From NCBI GenBank assembly GCA_903895725.1, contig CAITUV010000048.1, forward strand, positions 8,474 through 72,473: a stretch of DNA of 64,000 nt, read 5' to 3'. How positions within the stretch are numbered: position 1 is the first letter of the stretch; each line of letters starts with the position of its first letter. The notes beneath the pieces were generated by a model. The model ran no database searches and was not told where the DNA came from. It saw only the letters and a list, made by a program, of their open reading frames with translations. A program made the position numbers and the translations under genes. Of this stretch, positions 8,616 to 18,200 are shown in pieces. Origin of the DNA: an uncultured Myxococcales bacterium (lineage in GTDB: Bacteria > Myxococcota_A > UBA9042 > CAIXZC01).

Positions 8616-11600
8616 ATGAAGACTCTCAACAGCCAGGTCGTTCTGCTCCTCGCCCTGCTCATCGCTTTCTCCTGTTCGTCGGGGACCAAGGTCGAGCAGC
8701 CCGACGTGCCGTGCATCGGGGAGGGGTGTCCCTGCATTTTTGGCGCGGACTGCCCCCAGGGCATGAACTGCATCAACGGGTACTGCAGCAGCGAGAATCC
8801 TTTCGGAGACCTGGGCTTCCCCGATTTCGGGCAGGGCGACGTGGCCGGTGAGGACGGCATCGATGCGAGTGGCAGCGAGGTCGACGCCGGACAGGCGGAG
8901 GTCTTCCAGCCTCTGCCCTTCGGCGACGGTTGCACGAGCAACCTGCAATGCGAGTCCGGCTGGTGCGTGGATTCCCCGGATGGCGGCTACTGCTCGAAGA
9001 CGTGCGACGACGGGTGTCCCGACGGCTGGCTGTGCAAGATCGTCGCCCAGACTTATCCCGACACGATCTCCATCTGCGTCCAGGACAAGACCCGACTCTG
9101 TCTGCCGTGTGAGATCGACTCCCATTGCGGAGATGCCGGCGATCTCTGCCTGGAGATCGGCGGGGGAAAGTTCTGTGGCCGCGACTGTGCGGTGGAGCCG
9201 TGCCCCGGCGGCTACGATTGCCTCGAAGTGCCGTCCACCGGAGGCCCGGTCAAACAATGCGTGCCGTCCACCGGAGCCTGCGACTGCAATGCGACTACGG
9301 TGGGACAGGTAAGGGGCTGCCTCGTCACCAATGAGCTGGGAACCTGCTTCGGCATGGAGCACTGCGACGCGCTGCTGGGCTGGGTCGAGTGCTCGGCCGC
9401 GGTGCCCGAGGCCGAGCTCTGCGACGGCCTCGACAACAACTGCAACGGGCAGCCGGACGAAGGATTCTCAGCGGAGCCCTGTTCTTCAGAGAACGAGCTC
9501 GGCACCTGCGTCGGAACCCGTACGTGCCAGGGGGGCGCCGGCTGGGTATGCTCCGCCCCGACTCCGGCGAAGGAAGCGTGCAACGGGCTTGACGACGACT
9601 GCGACGACCAGGTCGACGAGGGGTTCGTCGACGACCAGGGGGCCTACCTCGACGTCGAGAACTGCGGCATGTGCGGCAACTCCTGCCTCGCCAAGTTCGT
9701 GGGTGCTGCGGAGGTGGCTTGCGTGCTCGTAGAGGGGGAGGAGAAGTGCAAGCTGCTGAGCTGCCTGCCCGGCTACTTCATGTTTAACGAGAGCACCTGC
9801 CTGGACGAAGATTCCTTCCTTTGTCAGGTCTGCAACAGCGATGACGACTGCTATGGAGAGTTGTCCAAGTGCCTGCCGGCAAGTGCCACCGACCCCAGGA
9901 CCTTCTGCTTCCGGGACTGCAGCGGCAATGGGGAGTTCAGCCCCACCTGTCCGGGCGGATACACGTGCACCGAAGCGGCGGGGGGAACGCTGTGCCTGCC
10001 CGACAACGGGAGCTGTGACTGCTCCGAAGGGAACGCAGGGCAGACCAAGGGGTGCTCCGTGGAGAACGGGCTCGGCATCTGCTTTGGAACCGAGACGTGC
10101 GAGCCGGAACTGGGATGGACCGGGTGCTCCGCAATGACCCCGTCTCCCGAGGTGTGCGACGGCATCGACAATGACTGCGATGGCGTCATGGACGAGGATA
10201 CGACCCTGGGCGAGCCTTGCCAGACCGCCAACGAGAACGGAACCTGCACGGGAATCGAGCAGTGCGCCGGTCCGATGGGGCTCGTGTGCTCCGCCGCAGT
10301 GCCCGCATCCGAGGTGTGCGACGGCCAGGACAACAACTGCGATGGGAGCACCGACGAGGGATTTGCCGTTCTCGCAGGCGACCCCCCGGTGCTCAAGTAC
10401 GGGCTGAGCCCCAGCCACTGCGGAGCATGCAACTACGAATGCCCCGGGGTCGCCCATGGGACGGTGAAATGCGACCCGATTCCAGCGGTTCCCGCCTGCA
10501 CCGTGGACCAGTGCGATGCCGGCTACTTCGACTACCTCGGTGTGGCCTGTCTGCCTGTCCCGGTTGCAAACCTGTGCGCCCCTTGCCAGGGGGATTCCGA
10601 TTGCCAGGGCCCGGACGATTCCTGCATCGCCGAGCCGGACGGCGCTTCCTTCTGCGGCCGGGACTGCGGCCCGGACAGCATCTACGGAATCGACGGGGCC
10701 GTCTGCACTGGTGTTCCCGGCCAGCAGGGGTGCTGCCCGGACGAGTATCTCTGCCAGGCTGCGGGGACCGGCTTCCAGTGCCGCCCTGTGAGCGGAACCT
10801 GCACGTGCATCGAGGACGGAAAGACCAAGGCGTGCACGGTCGCCAATGCGAACGGCGAGTGCATGGGAATCACGACCTGCTCGGCCTCCGGTCCAAACCC
10901 GGGCTGGAGCGCGTGCAGCGCACAGACGCCTGCGCCGGAAGCGTGCGACGGGTTGGACAACGACTGTGACGGGGCCATCGATGGCCAGGACCCATCGCTC
11001 GGCTTCGCTGGCACGCCCAACGGGTCCCCCGACTGCGCAACGGGTCCCGCCTGCCTCGGCGCCTGGCTCTGCCTGGCCGGGGAGTGGCAATGCACCGCCC
11101 TGGCCGCCTTGCCCGAGAAGTGCGACGGCCTCGACAATGATTGCGACGGAGTGACGGACGAAGGCTTCCTGATCGACGGTCAGTACCAGACCGCCCAGCA
11201 CTGCGGTGCGTGCGGGTACGATTGCCTCCAGCTCATCCCGCACAGCATCGGTCCGCTATGCTCCGTGGCGTCGGGAAAGCCGCAGTGCGTGGCAAGCCAG
11301 TGCGAGCCCGGGTACTTCCCCTACGGCGGTGGAAAGGCCTGCATGAAGCTCCCTGACAATCTCTGCCAGCCGTGCGGCTCCGACGCCGATTGCCTTGTGC
11401 CGTCCAGCCGCTGCGTCGTGCTGGGGCAGGAGATGGTGTGCGGCCGGGACTGCTCGCCAACGAGCCCCTACGGCCAGGTCTGCCCTGCCGGGTACTCCTG
11501 CTTCGCCGCCGGAGCGGTTCAGCAGTGCGTCCCCGATTCCGGGACGTGCGTGTGCGGACCGGACACCGTCGGGTTGTCTCGCTCCTGCACCGATGGCTCG

Positions 11601-13661
11601 TGCATCGGTCAGCAGGTCTGCCAGCAGGTCGGCGGCTCCTACGAGTTCTCACCTTGCTCGGCCGAAGGGGTCGTCGCCGAAGTATGTGACGGCAAAGACA
11701 ACGACTGCGACTCTAAGGTCGACGAGGGGTTCGTCGACCCGCTCGGCAAGTACGTGTCGGACGAGAACTGCGGCGTATGTGGCAACAACTGTCTGGCTCA
11801 GCTCAATGTGCCGGTCCATCATGCCACCGGCGAATGCAACACGTCCATCGACCCGCCCGCCTGCCGCATCGAGCAATGCTCGACCGAGGTGGAGGCAGGC
11901 ACGCTCTACGAGTGGGTGGACGTGAACCAGGTCATGGACGACGGCTGCGAGTGCCGGCGCATCCAGGGGAACTTGACGCAGGACGACCCCGACACCGTGT
12001 TTATCCAGCCGGGCGACATCGCACCGAGCTTCCCTCCCCCGCTCGCCGAGTACGTGGATGCCAACTGCGACGGAGTGGACGGCGTGATGGCTCATGCGCT
12101 CTTCGTGAGCGCTGCGGGCACGGCTCAGGGTACCGGGACTATGGCCTCCCCCTACAAGACCATCGGCCAGGCGGTGAAGGCATTTGCCGCCAGCGGTGCG
12201 AAGTACATCCTCGTAGCGGGGGGCGTCTACCAGGAGAACGTGAAGCTGGAGCCCGGAATCCGGATGCACGGCGGGTATTCGCACGACTTCCAGGCCCGGG
12301 ACATCGTCCTGTTCCCGACCGAGATCCTGGGGTTGCCGCCGGCCCTTGCCGGGGGGGTGACCGGCTCACTGAATGCCGAGGGGATCACCGGCAAGGCGAC
12401 GTTGGTGAGCGGATTCGTGATTCACGGCTACGACGTACTGACGGTTCCCGGGACCGGACCGGGCGAAAGCTCATACGGGGTCTTCGTGAGCGACTCCGAT
12501 TCCAGCCTCGAGATCCGGAACTGCAACCTGGTGGGCGGCGGAGGCGGCCCGGGGGCCAACGGCTCCAACGGGGCCACCGGATTCGGCAGTCTCTCGCAGG
12601 GAGGCAGCCAGCTCAACGCCGCTGCCGGAGTCAATGCGGGGAGCTGCGTGGCCGGGACGTGCACCACCAGCAAGGCATCGGGAGGGGCCGGCGGGACCAA
12701 CCCGCAGTGCGCCGTGGCCAACGGACCGGCCGGTGGCGGCGTAATCTGTCCGGAGTACAACAAGCCGTCGTACACGCCCGTCAATCCAGGGCTCGACGGA
12801 GCCCCCGGGTATAGCTGGACGCTGGACAGCCTGTCTTCGGGCGGGTGCTACGGTCACGCGACCGAGGCCGGCTACCCGACTGCCATCAAGAAGATGGATG
12901 GGGGCGACGGCAGCGCTGGGGCCGACGGAGCTGGCGGGCTCCAGGGGTCAGGCTGTGCCGCGGTCGCCGGTGCCTTCGTCAATGGGCTGTGGAAGGGAGC
13001 TGCCGGAGCCGGGGGAGCCGGCGGTATCGAAGGCCAGGGGGGAGGTAGCGGCGGTTCCTCCGGAGGCGTCGACACGGCATCCGCTGCCGAGATGCCACCC
13101 GGAGTCGGGGCGTACGGTGGGGCCTCGTACAAGCTCGGTGCCACAGGCGGTGGCGGCGGTGCAGGCGGATGCGGAGGCAAGGGGGGGACCGGCGGAGAGA
13201 GCGGAGGGGCCAGCATTGCCCTTCTCGTCCGGTTCTCTTCGCCCCAGGCCGTGACCAGCGCCCCCGTCGTCGCTGCCAACCTCGTGGAGCGCGGGTACGG
13301 CGGAAGCGGCGGCAACGGCGGGTACGGAGGTCTCGGCGGCAAGGGCGGCAACGGCGGCAACGGCGGAACCGCACCGGGGTACTGGATCGACTTCAAGGCC
13401 GGCAAGGGAGGCCGAGGAGGCCAGGGAGGCGAGGGCGGTGGCGGAGGAGGAGGCTGCGGCGGCGCTTCGTTCGGGATTGCGGCAGCCAACTATCCCGCTG
13501 CGTGGAACATCCCCTATGCCACCGCCAACGAGTTCGCTCTGGCCGAGGCAACCAAGACCGGAGGCGTGGGCGGAAAGGCCGGAGCGTCTGGAACGGCCAA
13601 CCCGGCCGGTGACGGCCAGGATGGCGGCACCGTGAACGTCTCCTTCTCACCGGCCCCCTGA
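8616..13661 (+). CDS. Giant cysteine-rich lipoprotein paralog (1681 aa) with the same architecture as 3335..8614. It starts 1 nt after the upstream stop.
   Basis: RBS 'GAGGGGG' 7 nt before ATG 8616. 'MKTLNSQVVLLLALLIAFSCSSG' (lipobox). Repeated 'CDGLDNNCNGQPDEGF', 'ACNGLDDDCDDQVDEGF', 'EVCDGIDNDCDGVMDED', 'EVCDGKDNDCDSKVDEGF'. 'NCDGVDGVMAHALFVSAAGTAQGTGTMASPYKTIGQAVKA...ILVAGGVYQENVKL'. Gly-rich tail with 'GGGGGAGGCGGKGG' and 'GGGGGGGCGGASFGIAAANY'. Confidence 0.9.
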   Translation: MKTLNSQVVLLLALLIAFSCSSGTKVEQPDVPCIGEGCPCIFGADCPQGMNCINGYCSSENPFGDLGFPDFGQGDVAGEDGIDASGSEVDAGQAEVFQPLPFGDGCTSNLQCESGWCVDSPDGGYCSKTCDDGCPDGWLCKIVAQTYPDTISICVQDKTRLCLPCEIDSHCGDAGDLCLEIGGGKFCGRDCAVEPCPGGYDCLEVPSTGGPVKQCVPSTGACDCNATTVGQVRGCLVTNELGTCFGMEHCDALLGWVECSAAVPEAELCDGLDNNCNGQPDEGFSAEPCSSENELGTCVGTRTCQGGAGWVCSAPTPAKEACNGLDDDCDDQVDEGFVDDQGAYLDVENCGMCGNSCLAKFVGAAEVACVLVEGEEKCKLLSCLPGYFMFNESTCLDEDSFLCQVCNSDDDCYGELSKCLPASATDPRTFCFRDCSGNGEFSPTCPGGYTCTEAAGGTLCLPDNGSCDCSEGNAGQTKGCSVENGLGICFGTETCEPELGWTGCSAMTPSPEVCDGIDNDCDGVMDEDTTLGEPCQTANENGTCTGIEQCAGPMGLVCSAAVPASEVCDGQDNNCDGSTDEGFAVLAGDPPVLKYGLSPSHCGACNYECPGVAHGTVKCDPIPAVPACTVDQCDAGYFDYLGVACLPVPVANLCAPCQGDSDCQGPDDSCIAEPDGASFCGRDCGPDSIYGIDGAVCTGVPGQQGCCPDEYLCQAAGTGFQCRPVSGTCTCIEDGKTKACTVANANGECMGITTCSASGPNPGWSACSAQTPAPEACDGLDNDCDGAIDGQDPSLGFAGTPNGSPDCATGPACLGAWLCLAGEWQCTALAALPEKCDGLDNDCDGVTDEGFLIDGQYQTAQHCGACGYDCLQLIPHSIGPLCSVASGKPQCVASQCEPGYFPYGGGKACMKLPDNLCQPCGSDADCLVPSSRCVVLGQEMVCGRDCSPTSPYGQVCPAGYSCFAAGAVQQCVPDSGTCVCGPDTVGLSRSCTDGSCIGQQVCQQVGGSYEFSPCSAEGVVAEVCDGKDNDCDSKVDEGFVDPLGKYVSDENCGVCGNNCLAQLNVPVHHATGECNTSIDPPACRIEQCSTEVEAGTLYEWVDVNQVMDDGCECRRIQGNLTQDDPDTVFIQPGDIAPSFPPPLAEYVDANCDGVDGVMAHALFVSAAGTAQGTGTMASPYKTIGQAVKAFAASGAKYILVAGGVYQENVKLEPGIRMHGGYSHDFQARDIVLFPTEILGLPPALAGGVTGSLNAEGITGKATLVSGFVIHGYDVLTVPGTGPGESSYGVFVSDSDSSLEIRNCNLVGGGGGPGANGSNGATGFGSLSQGGSQLNAAAGVNAGSCVAGTCTTSKASGGAGGTNPQCAVANGPAGGGVICPEYNKPSYTPVNPGLDGAPGYSWTLDSLSSGGCYGHATEAGYPTAIKKMDGGDGSAGADGAGGLQGSGCAAVAGAFVNGLWKGAAGAGGAGGIEGQGGGSGGSSGGVDTASAAEMPPGVGAYGGASYKLGATGGGGGAGGCGGKGGTGGESGGASIALLVRFSSPQAVTSAPVVAANLVERGYGGSGGNGGYGGLGGKGGNGGNGGTAPGYWIDFKAGKGGRGGQGGEGGGGGGGCGGASFGIAAANYPAAWNIPYATANEFALAEATKTGGVGGKAGASGTANPAGDGQDGGTVNVSFSPAP

Positions 13662-13688
13662 CCCAACGGTCTCCACCGCCCTTCTTGA

Positions 13689-13968
13689 CGCACCGTACTC
13701 GACGCATCAAGCCGGTGCGAGCTGGTCCTCCGATTCTACGGTCTTGCCGGTCCGCAAATTGCGTTCGGTCCCGAGTTCACCGGGAAGATCACGGTGGAGG
13801 CCGGGACCGGAGGGAAGCAGGAGGCCTGCCTCGACCTGTCCGCAGCGCTCAAGGTCGATGCCGATTTCGTGGTGGACCTGTTCGGGCTGATCGAGCTGGC
13901 CGAGAAGAACTTCGGCTCGTGGAACATCAAGACCTGGGACATCCTCGACAAGTCCTGGTCGATGTAGG
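13689..13968 (+). pseudogene. Orphan coding-like segment (about 93 codons, GC3-rich) without a canonical start codon. Possibly a gene remnant or a small unannotated ORF with a non-canonical start.
   Basis: Frame-0 translation '...GKITVEAGTGGKQEACLDLSAALKVDADFVVDLFGLIELAEKNFGSWNIKTWDILDKSWSM*'. Third codon positions are almost all G/C, unlike the Arg-rich overlapping frames. No in-frame ATG/GTG/TTG after the upstream stop at 13686. Confidence 0.2.
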
Positions 13969-13972
13969 GCGA

Positions 13973-14947
13973 CTACATGCACTGACCGTCTGAGCAGCCC
14001 GAACCGGGTGGGCAGCAGATCGAGCCGCACTGGACTCCCGGACAGCTGCATTGTCCTTCCGAGCACACGTCACCGTTCACGCAGCTGCCGCAGTAGCCGC
14101 CGCAGCCGTCGCTGCCGCACTCCTTCCCCCAACAATCCGGGGTACACTGGCACTTGCCGCCTCCACACACGGACTTCGGATAGGGGCACTGCCCGCAGGT
14201 ACCGCCGCAGCCGTCGTCGCCACACTCCTTGCCCTGGCAGTTGGCTGCGTGGTCGCAGCATCCGCCGTTCCAGCAGACCTTGGCGGTACCACACGACGTC
14301 CCGTTGTCGACCGGCGACCACGCATACAGGGAATCGGCGGGCTTGCATTTCTGGCAGGAGTTGCCCTCCGCCTCAGCTCCAGAAGGGACACACTTCTGTT
14401 CGATGACGCAGAAGTACGCCTGCACCACGAATGTGCACAGGCCTGAGCCACAGGAATCCTCGGTGCAGAAAAGCCCGTCGTTGCACAGGCCGCATAATCC
14501 TGCGCAGCCGTCGCTCCCGCACTCCTTTCCGGCGCATTGGGGAGTGCAGCTCGTCTCTCCGTCTGCGACCTCGTCGGCATCCGAATCATCCGACGCCGCG
14601 TCTGCGGGACCATCGTCACCCGCTTCAAGGTCTGCCAAGGCATCCTCGGGGTTCGACCCGTCCGGGGCCGAGTCAGCCGTGATGTCTTTCGGACCGACGT
14701 CCAGGTCTCCCGGAGCGACTTCAGGCGGTCCGGGAGCATCGGCTCCGTCCGACCGGCCATCGGCATCGGCCACCTCGGAGCCAGCGTCGGTTGGCGGAGC
14801 CACACTATCGGCCATTCCGTCGCCAGCGCGTCCATCGCCAGCGCCGTCAACCGAGTCGAGCGGGGTCGACGTGATGGACACTCCCTTGTCCAGGCAGCCG
14901 GCTACGGTGCACGCAGATGCGAGGAGGATGAACAGGGGGAGCTTCAT
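13973..14947 (-). CDS. Cysteine-rich lipoprotein (324 aa). It has a lipoprotein signal, an acidic D/G/A/P-rich linker, and repeated 'C-x-GKECG-DDGCGG-xCG-C' modules.
   Basis: 'MKLPLFILLASACTVAGC' with RBS GGAGACGG upstream on the minus strand. Repeats 'CAGKECGSDGCAGLCGLC', 'CQGKECGDDGCGGTCGQC', 'CWGKECGSDGCGGYCGSC'. The same motif recurs in CDS 59697..63998. Confidence 0.8.
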   Translation of the reverse strand: MKLPLFILLASACTVAGCLDKGVSITSTPLDSVDGAGDGRAGDGMADSVAPPTDAGSEVADADGRSDGADAPGPPEVAPGDLDVGPKDITADSAPDGSNPEDALADLEAGDDGPADAASDDSDADEVADGETSCTPQCAGKECGSDGCAGLCGLCNDGLFCTEDSCGSGLCTFVVQAYFCVIEQKCVPSGAEAEGNSCQKCKPADSLYAWSPVDNGTSCGTAKVCWNGGCCDHAANCQGKECGDDGCGGTCGQCPYPKSVCGGGKCQCTPDCWGKECGSDGCGGYCGSCVNGDVCSEGQCSCPGVQCGSICCPPGSGCSDGQCM

Positions 14948-15345
14948 CGGTCAGCCGTCTCCAGGTTAGAGCCACAGGCCAGGGCCGCCTCGTCGGGACG
15001 GGAGGCCGAACCGAGACCCCGAGGATACTGCATCTCGAGCACGCTGTGAAGCGCTCTGACGTGGTGTGTCGTCCCGATGGAAATCCTGTCCTGCCGACCC
15101 ACGTGGCGCAACCCGGTCGGAGTTGCTGTGACAGAGACGCCGGGGGTCACCGCCGCAGAGGGCGGGGCCAGCGAGGGAGCCGTCCGCTGGGCACTCGGGG
15201 CACTGAGGGACTGCGCTCGGCACAGGGCAGGTCCCGCAAGCCCGACCGGTCGGTCGAAAAGCGCTTGAACCCCGGCAGTGGATGTGCTTTGATCAACAGG
15301 AGTTGGCGCCCGAGTTACTTTCCCCTTTGCAGCGGAGTGGAACCC

Positions 15346-18195
15346 ATGTGGAAGCCGGTTTGGGCGGGGTTGGCGGTGGTCCTGGCGATGGGGTGCGGCA
15401 ACGACCCGGCATCTCCGAAGGAGGACGTGGCGCTCGCTGAGGACCTCATGCAGGAGGACTCGCCCGTCAGCTGCCTGGGGGCGGTCTGCAAGACCGGCAT
15501 GGATTGCGAGAAGACCGGTCCGTGCGTGGCCGCAACGAACTGCGTGGATGGGTGTTGCAGCTACGTCCTCAAGGAGGCGGGCACCGCCTGCGAGCTGCCG
15601 TGCATGGCGGGCGGCGAGTGCAACGGAGCCGGCGAGTGCGTGGGGACGGAGACGCTGGTATGCGAAGAGAAGGACGGCAACCCGTGCACGGTCCCCTTCT
15701 GCGACCCCAAGACGGGAAAGTGCGGCGATGCGGAGGAACCGCTTCCGGACGGAGCGGCCCCCATGGAATCGAGCTGCTGGAGCGGGCTGTCGTGCAAGGA
15801 CGGGCAGGTCGACCAGGGGGCGGCGATGGCCACGGCGCTGAAGATCGAGTGCGACGAGAAGAACGCAGCGCTCGACCCGTTCGGATGCATCGAGCAGGTC
15901 GTCTGCGTGGACAGCATGGAGGAGTGCAAGCTCCTGCTCAAGCCCGAGGGAGCGCAATGCTGGAGTGAGGATGTCGGGGGGACTGGCCCGGTATGCAGCG
16001 GCAGAGCATGCGGCGCAGCGGGCGAGTGCGTGGAGAGCGAGACATTCACCGTCACGTGCGATGACGCCTCCTACCCGGAGGACTGCAATGAGCTGTGCAA
16101 GGCATGCACCCGGCTGACCTGCTTCTGGATCCCGGATCCGGCCGGCCAGGGAGCTGCGGGAAAGAAAATCAAGTACTGCCAGGTGGCGGCCAATGTGGGG
16201 GATGCGTGCGACGACGGCAGCGTCTGCACGGTGGGGGATGCCTGCGTGCTGGAGGGAACCGCCGAGGGACCCATGGGGAAGGAGACGCTCGCCATCTGCC
16301 AACCGGGACCGGCCAAGACCAAGTCGGACTGTCTGTCCGAGCTGGACCTGCCCGAGCTGCCCTGTCTCAAGTCAGGAACGGCCTGCGATCCGGTGTCAGG
16401 GTGCGGCATCGATCAGGCATCCGCGGACGCCTGGTGCCTTCCGCCCCAGGCGGCCTGCGTGGATGAAGCGCAGACCTGGTGCTCTCACATCGACATTGGG
16501 GACGGGCTGTGGAACGAGGCCACGGGGTGCCACGTGGCAACTTCGGCCGGAGAGTGCGATGACGGGAATTCGTGCACTCAGGACGGCTGCGACCTCGGTG
16601 GCGGATGCATTCATCAGCCGCTCAACGGCGGCCTGTGCGACGACGGAAATGTGACGACGACCGACGATGCGTGCCAGATGGGGATGTGCATCGGACTGCC
16701 GGACGCGGACATGGACTGGGTGGCGGATAGCGGTTACAACGGTCCGTGCATCTCCGGCAACACCGAGGCCTGCAACGACAACTGCCCCGGGAATCCGAAC
16801 CCCAAGCAGGAGGATGCGGATGGCAACGGGGTTGGAGACGGCTGCATCTGCAACGCCAACTGTACGGGCAAGGTATGCGGGAACGACGGCTGCGGGGGCT
16901 CGTGCGGTGTGTGCCAGGTCAACCAGACCTGCGTCAAGGGGCAGTGCGTGTTCACGTGCGACCCGGTGGACGGGGGGTGGAGCGACTGGACGTGCGGCGT
17001 CTGCTCCAAGTCGTGCGGCGGCGGAACTCAGAACTGCACACGGTACTGCAACAACCCGTCTCCGAGCTGCGGTGGTCTTGATTGCGTCGGTTCGGGTACG
17101 TCGACGACCCCCTGCAACTCCCAGCCCTGTGCCGCCTGTCCAAACGGCTCGTGCGAGGCCGGTGAAACATGCTGCACCTGTCCCGCTGACTGCGGCGGCT
17201 GCTGCGGTAACGGCCTGTGCGACTGCAACGAGACGAACCAGTCCTGTGCGGCGGACTGTGCGAACCCTGACGGCTGCTTCCCGGCCTGCAACGCGGCCAC
17301 CGAGACGTGTGCCAAGACTTCGTCCGGCTCCTGGGCCTGCGCACCCAAGCTCGTGACCATCCCGGCGGGAAGCTTCTGGATGGGCTGCAACAATTGTGAG
17401 GACTCACAGGTCCTCGACGGCGAATGCGACGCGGACGAGCACCCCTATCACGAGGTCTACCTCGATGCCTACGAGATCGAGCGGACCGAGGTCACCGTCG
17501 ACCAGTACGCTGCCTGCGTCACCATGGGGGCCTGCACCGATCCGGCGGGAACTGCCTACAACCCATCCTCCTGCACGTGGCAGAAGCCGGGCAAGGGGAA
17601 CGTGCCGATCAACTGCATCACGTGGACCCAGGCCAACGAGTATTGCGCCTGGACCGGAAGGAAGATGTGCACCGAGGCGCAGTGGGAGAAGGGCGCCCGC
17701 GGCGGGTGTGAGCTCAACGGAGGGCCGGCCAACTGCAAGGCGCAGAGCCGCAAATACCCGTGGGGAAACGCTCCGGTGACCTGCCAGAACGCCGTGACCT
17801 GGGAATGCTCGAAGGATCCTGTGGCCGTCTGCTCCGTCTCGCCCCAGGGCGACAGCCCTTACGGCCTGTGCGACATGGTCGGGAATATCTGGGAGTGGAC
17901 CGCTGACGTGTACAGCCCCGAGTACTACTGTGCGGGCCCGGATGCGGACATCGACTTCCCGTGGGACACGTGCCAGGTCTGCGGGGCCTGGTGGGGGGGG
18001 CCGGCCGCATGGAACAACCCGGTCGGGCCGCCCAAGAATCCCAATGACCCGCCGGGAGGAAGCTGGCCGACGTTCCGAAGCACGCGGGGGGGCGGGGTCT
18101 TCACCTTTGCCTCCAGTGCGCGGGTGTCGAGCCGCTACCCCCTCCCCGGTGCGTTCACGTCCGAAGACGCCAAGGGATTCCGCTGCTGCCGATAA
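15346..18195 (+). CDS. Cys-rich lipoprotein carrying a TSP3-like Ca-binding motif, a thrombospondin type-1 repeat, and a C-terminal FGE-sulfatase (formylglycine-generating enzyme/SUMF1-like) domain (about 950 aa).
   Basis: The track ORF begins at 15046, but the first in-frame ATG with an RBS (GGAGTGG) and a lipoprotein signal 'MWKPVWAGLAVVLAMGCGN' is at 15346. TSP1: 'GGWSDWTCGVCSKSCGGGTQNCTRYCNNPSPSCGGLDCVGSG...PCNSQPC'. TSP3-like: 'CNDNCPGNPNPKQEDADGNGVGDGC'. FGE: 'IPAGSFWMG...YPWGN...GNIWEWTADVY...RGGGVFTF...GFRCCR'. Confidence 0.85.
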   Translation: MWKPVWAGLAVVLAMGCGNDPASPKEDVALAEDLMQEDSPVSCLGAVCKTGMDCEKTGPCVAATNCVDGCCSYVLKEAGTACELPCMAGGECNGAGECVGTETLVCEEKDGNPCTVPFCDPKTGKCGDAEEPLPDGAAPMESSCWSGLSCKDGQVDQGAAMATALKIECDEKNAALDPFGCIEQVVCVDSMEECKLLLKPEGAQCWSEDVGGTGPVCSGRACGAAGECVESETFTVTCDDASYPEDCNELCKACTRLTCFWIPDPAGQGAAGKKIKYCQVAANVGDACDDGSVCTVGDACVLEGTAEGPMGKETLAICQPGPAKTKSDCLSELDLPELPCLKSGTACDPVSGCGIDQASADAWCLPPQAACVDEAQTWCSHIDIGDGLWNEATGCHVATSAGECDDGNSCTQDGCDLGGGCIHQPLNGGLCDDGNVTTTDDACQMGMCIGLPDADMDWVADSGYNGPCISGNTEACNDNCPGNPNPKQEDADGNGVGDGCICNANCTGKVCGNDGCGGSCGVCQVNQTCVKGQCVFTCDPVDGGWSDWTCGVCSKSCGGGTQNCTRYCNNPSPSCGGLDCVGSGTSTTPCNSQPCAACPNGSCEAGETCCTCPADCGGCCGNGLCDCNETNQSCAADCANPDGCFPACNAATETCAKTSSGSWACAPKLVTIPAGSFWMGCNNCEDSQVLDGECDADEHPYHEVYLDAYEIERTEVTVDQYAACVTMGACTDPAGTAYNPSSCTWQKPGKGNVPINCITWTQANEYCAWTGRKMCTEAQWEKGARGGCELNGGPANCKAQSRKYPWGNAPVTCQNAVTWECSKDPVAVCSVSPQGDSPYGLCDMVGNIWEWTADVYSPEYYCAGPDADIDFPWDTCQVCGAWWGGPAAWNNPVGPPKNPNDPPGGSWPTFRSTRGGGVFTFASSARVSSRYPLPGAFTSEDAKGFRCCR

Positions 18196-18200
18196 GGGGG

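Noticed and set aside
13685-13993. Track ORF 13685..13993(+) and 13736..13951(-) in the remnant region.
   Set aside because: These are Arg-rich off-frame translations. Only frame 0 (13689..13968) shows coding-like GC3 bias.
15046-15345. Upstream extensions of the track ORFs at 15046, 19066, 24296, 26163, 28375, 29130, 28979, 42166, 42648, 48703, 49791 and 38467.
   Set aside because: The extensions run through intergenic DNA or the upstream gene. Internal starts with good RBSs, 4-nt ATGA coupling or signal peptides give the biologically sensible boundaries used above.
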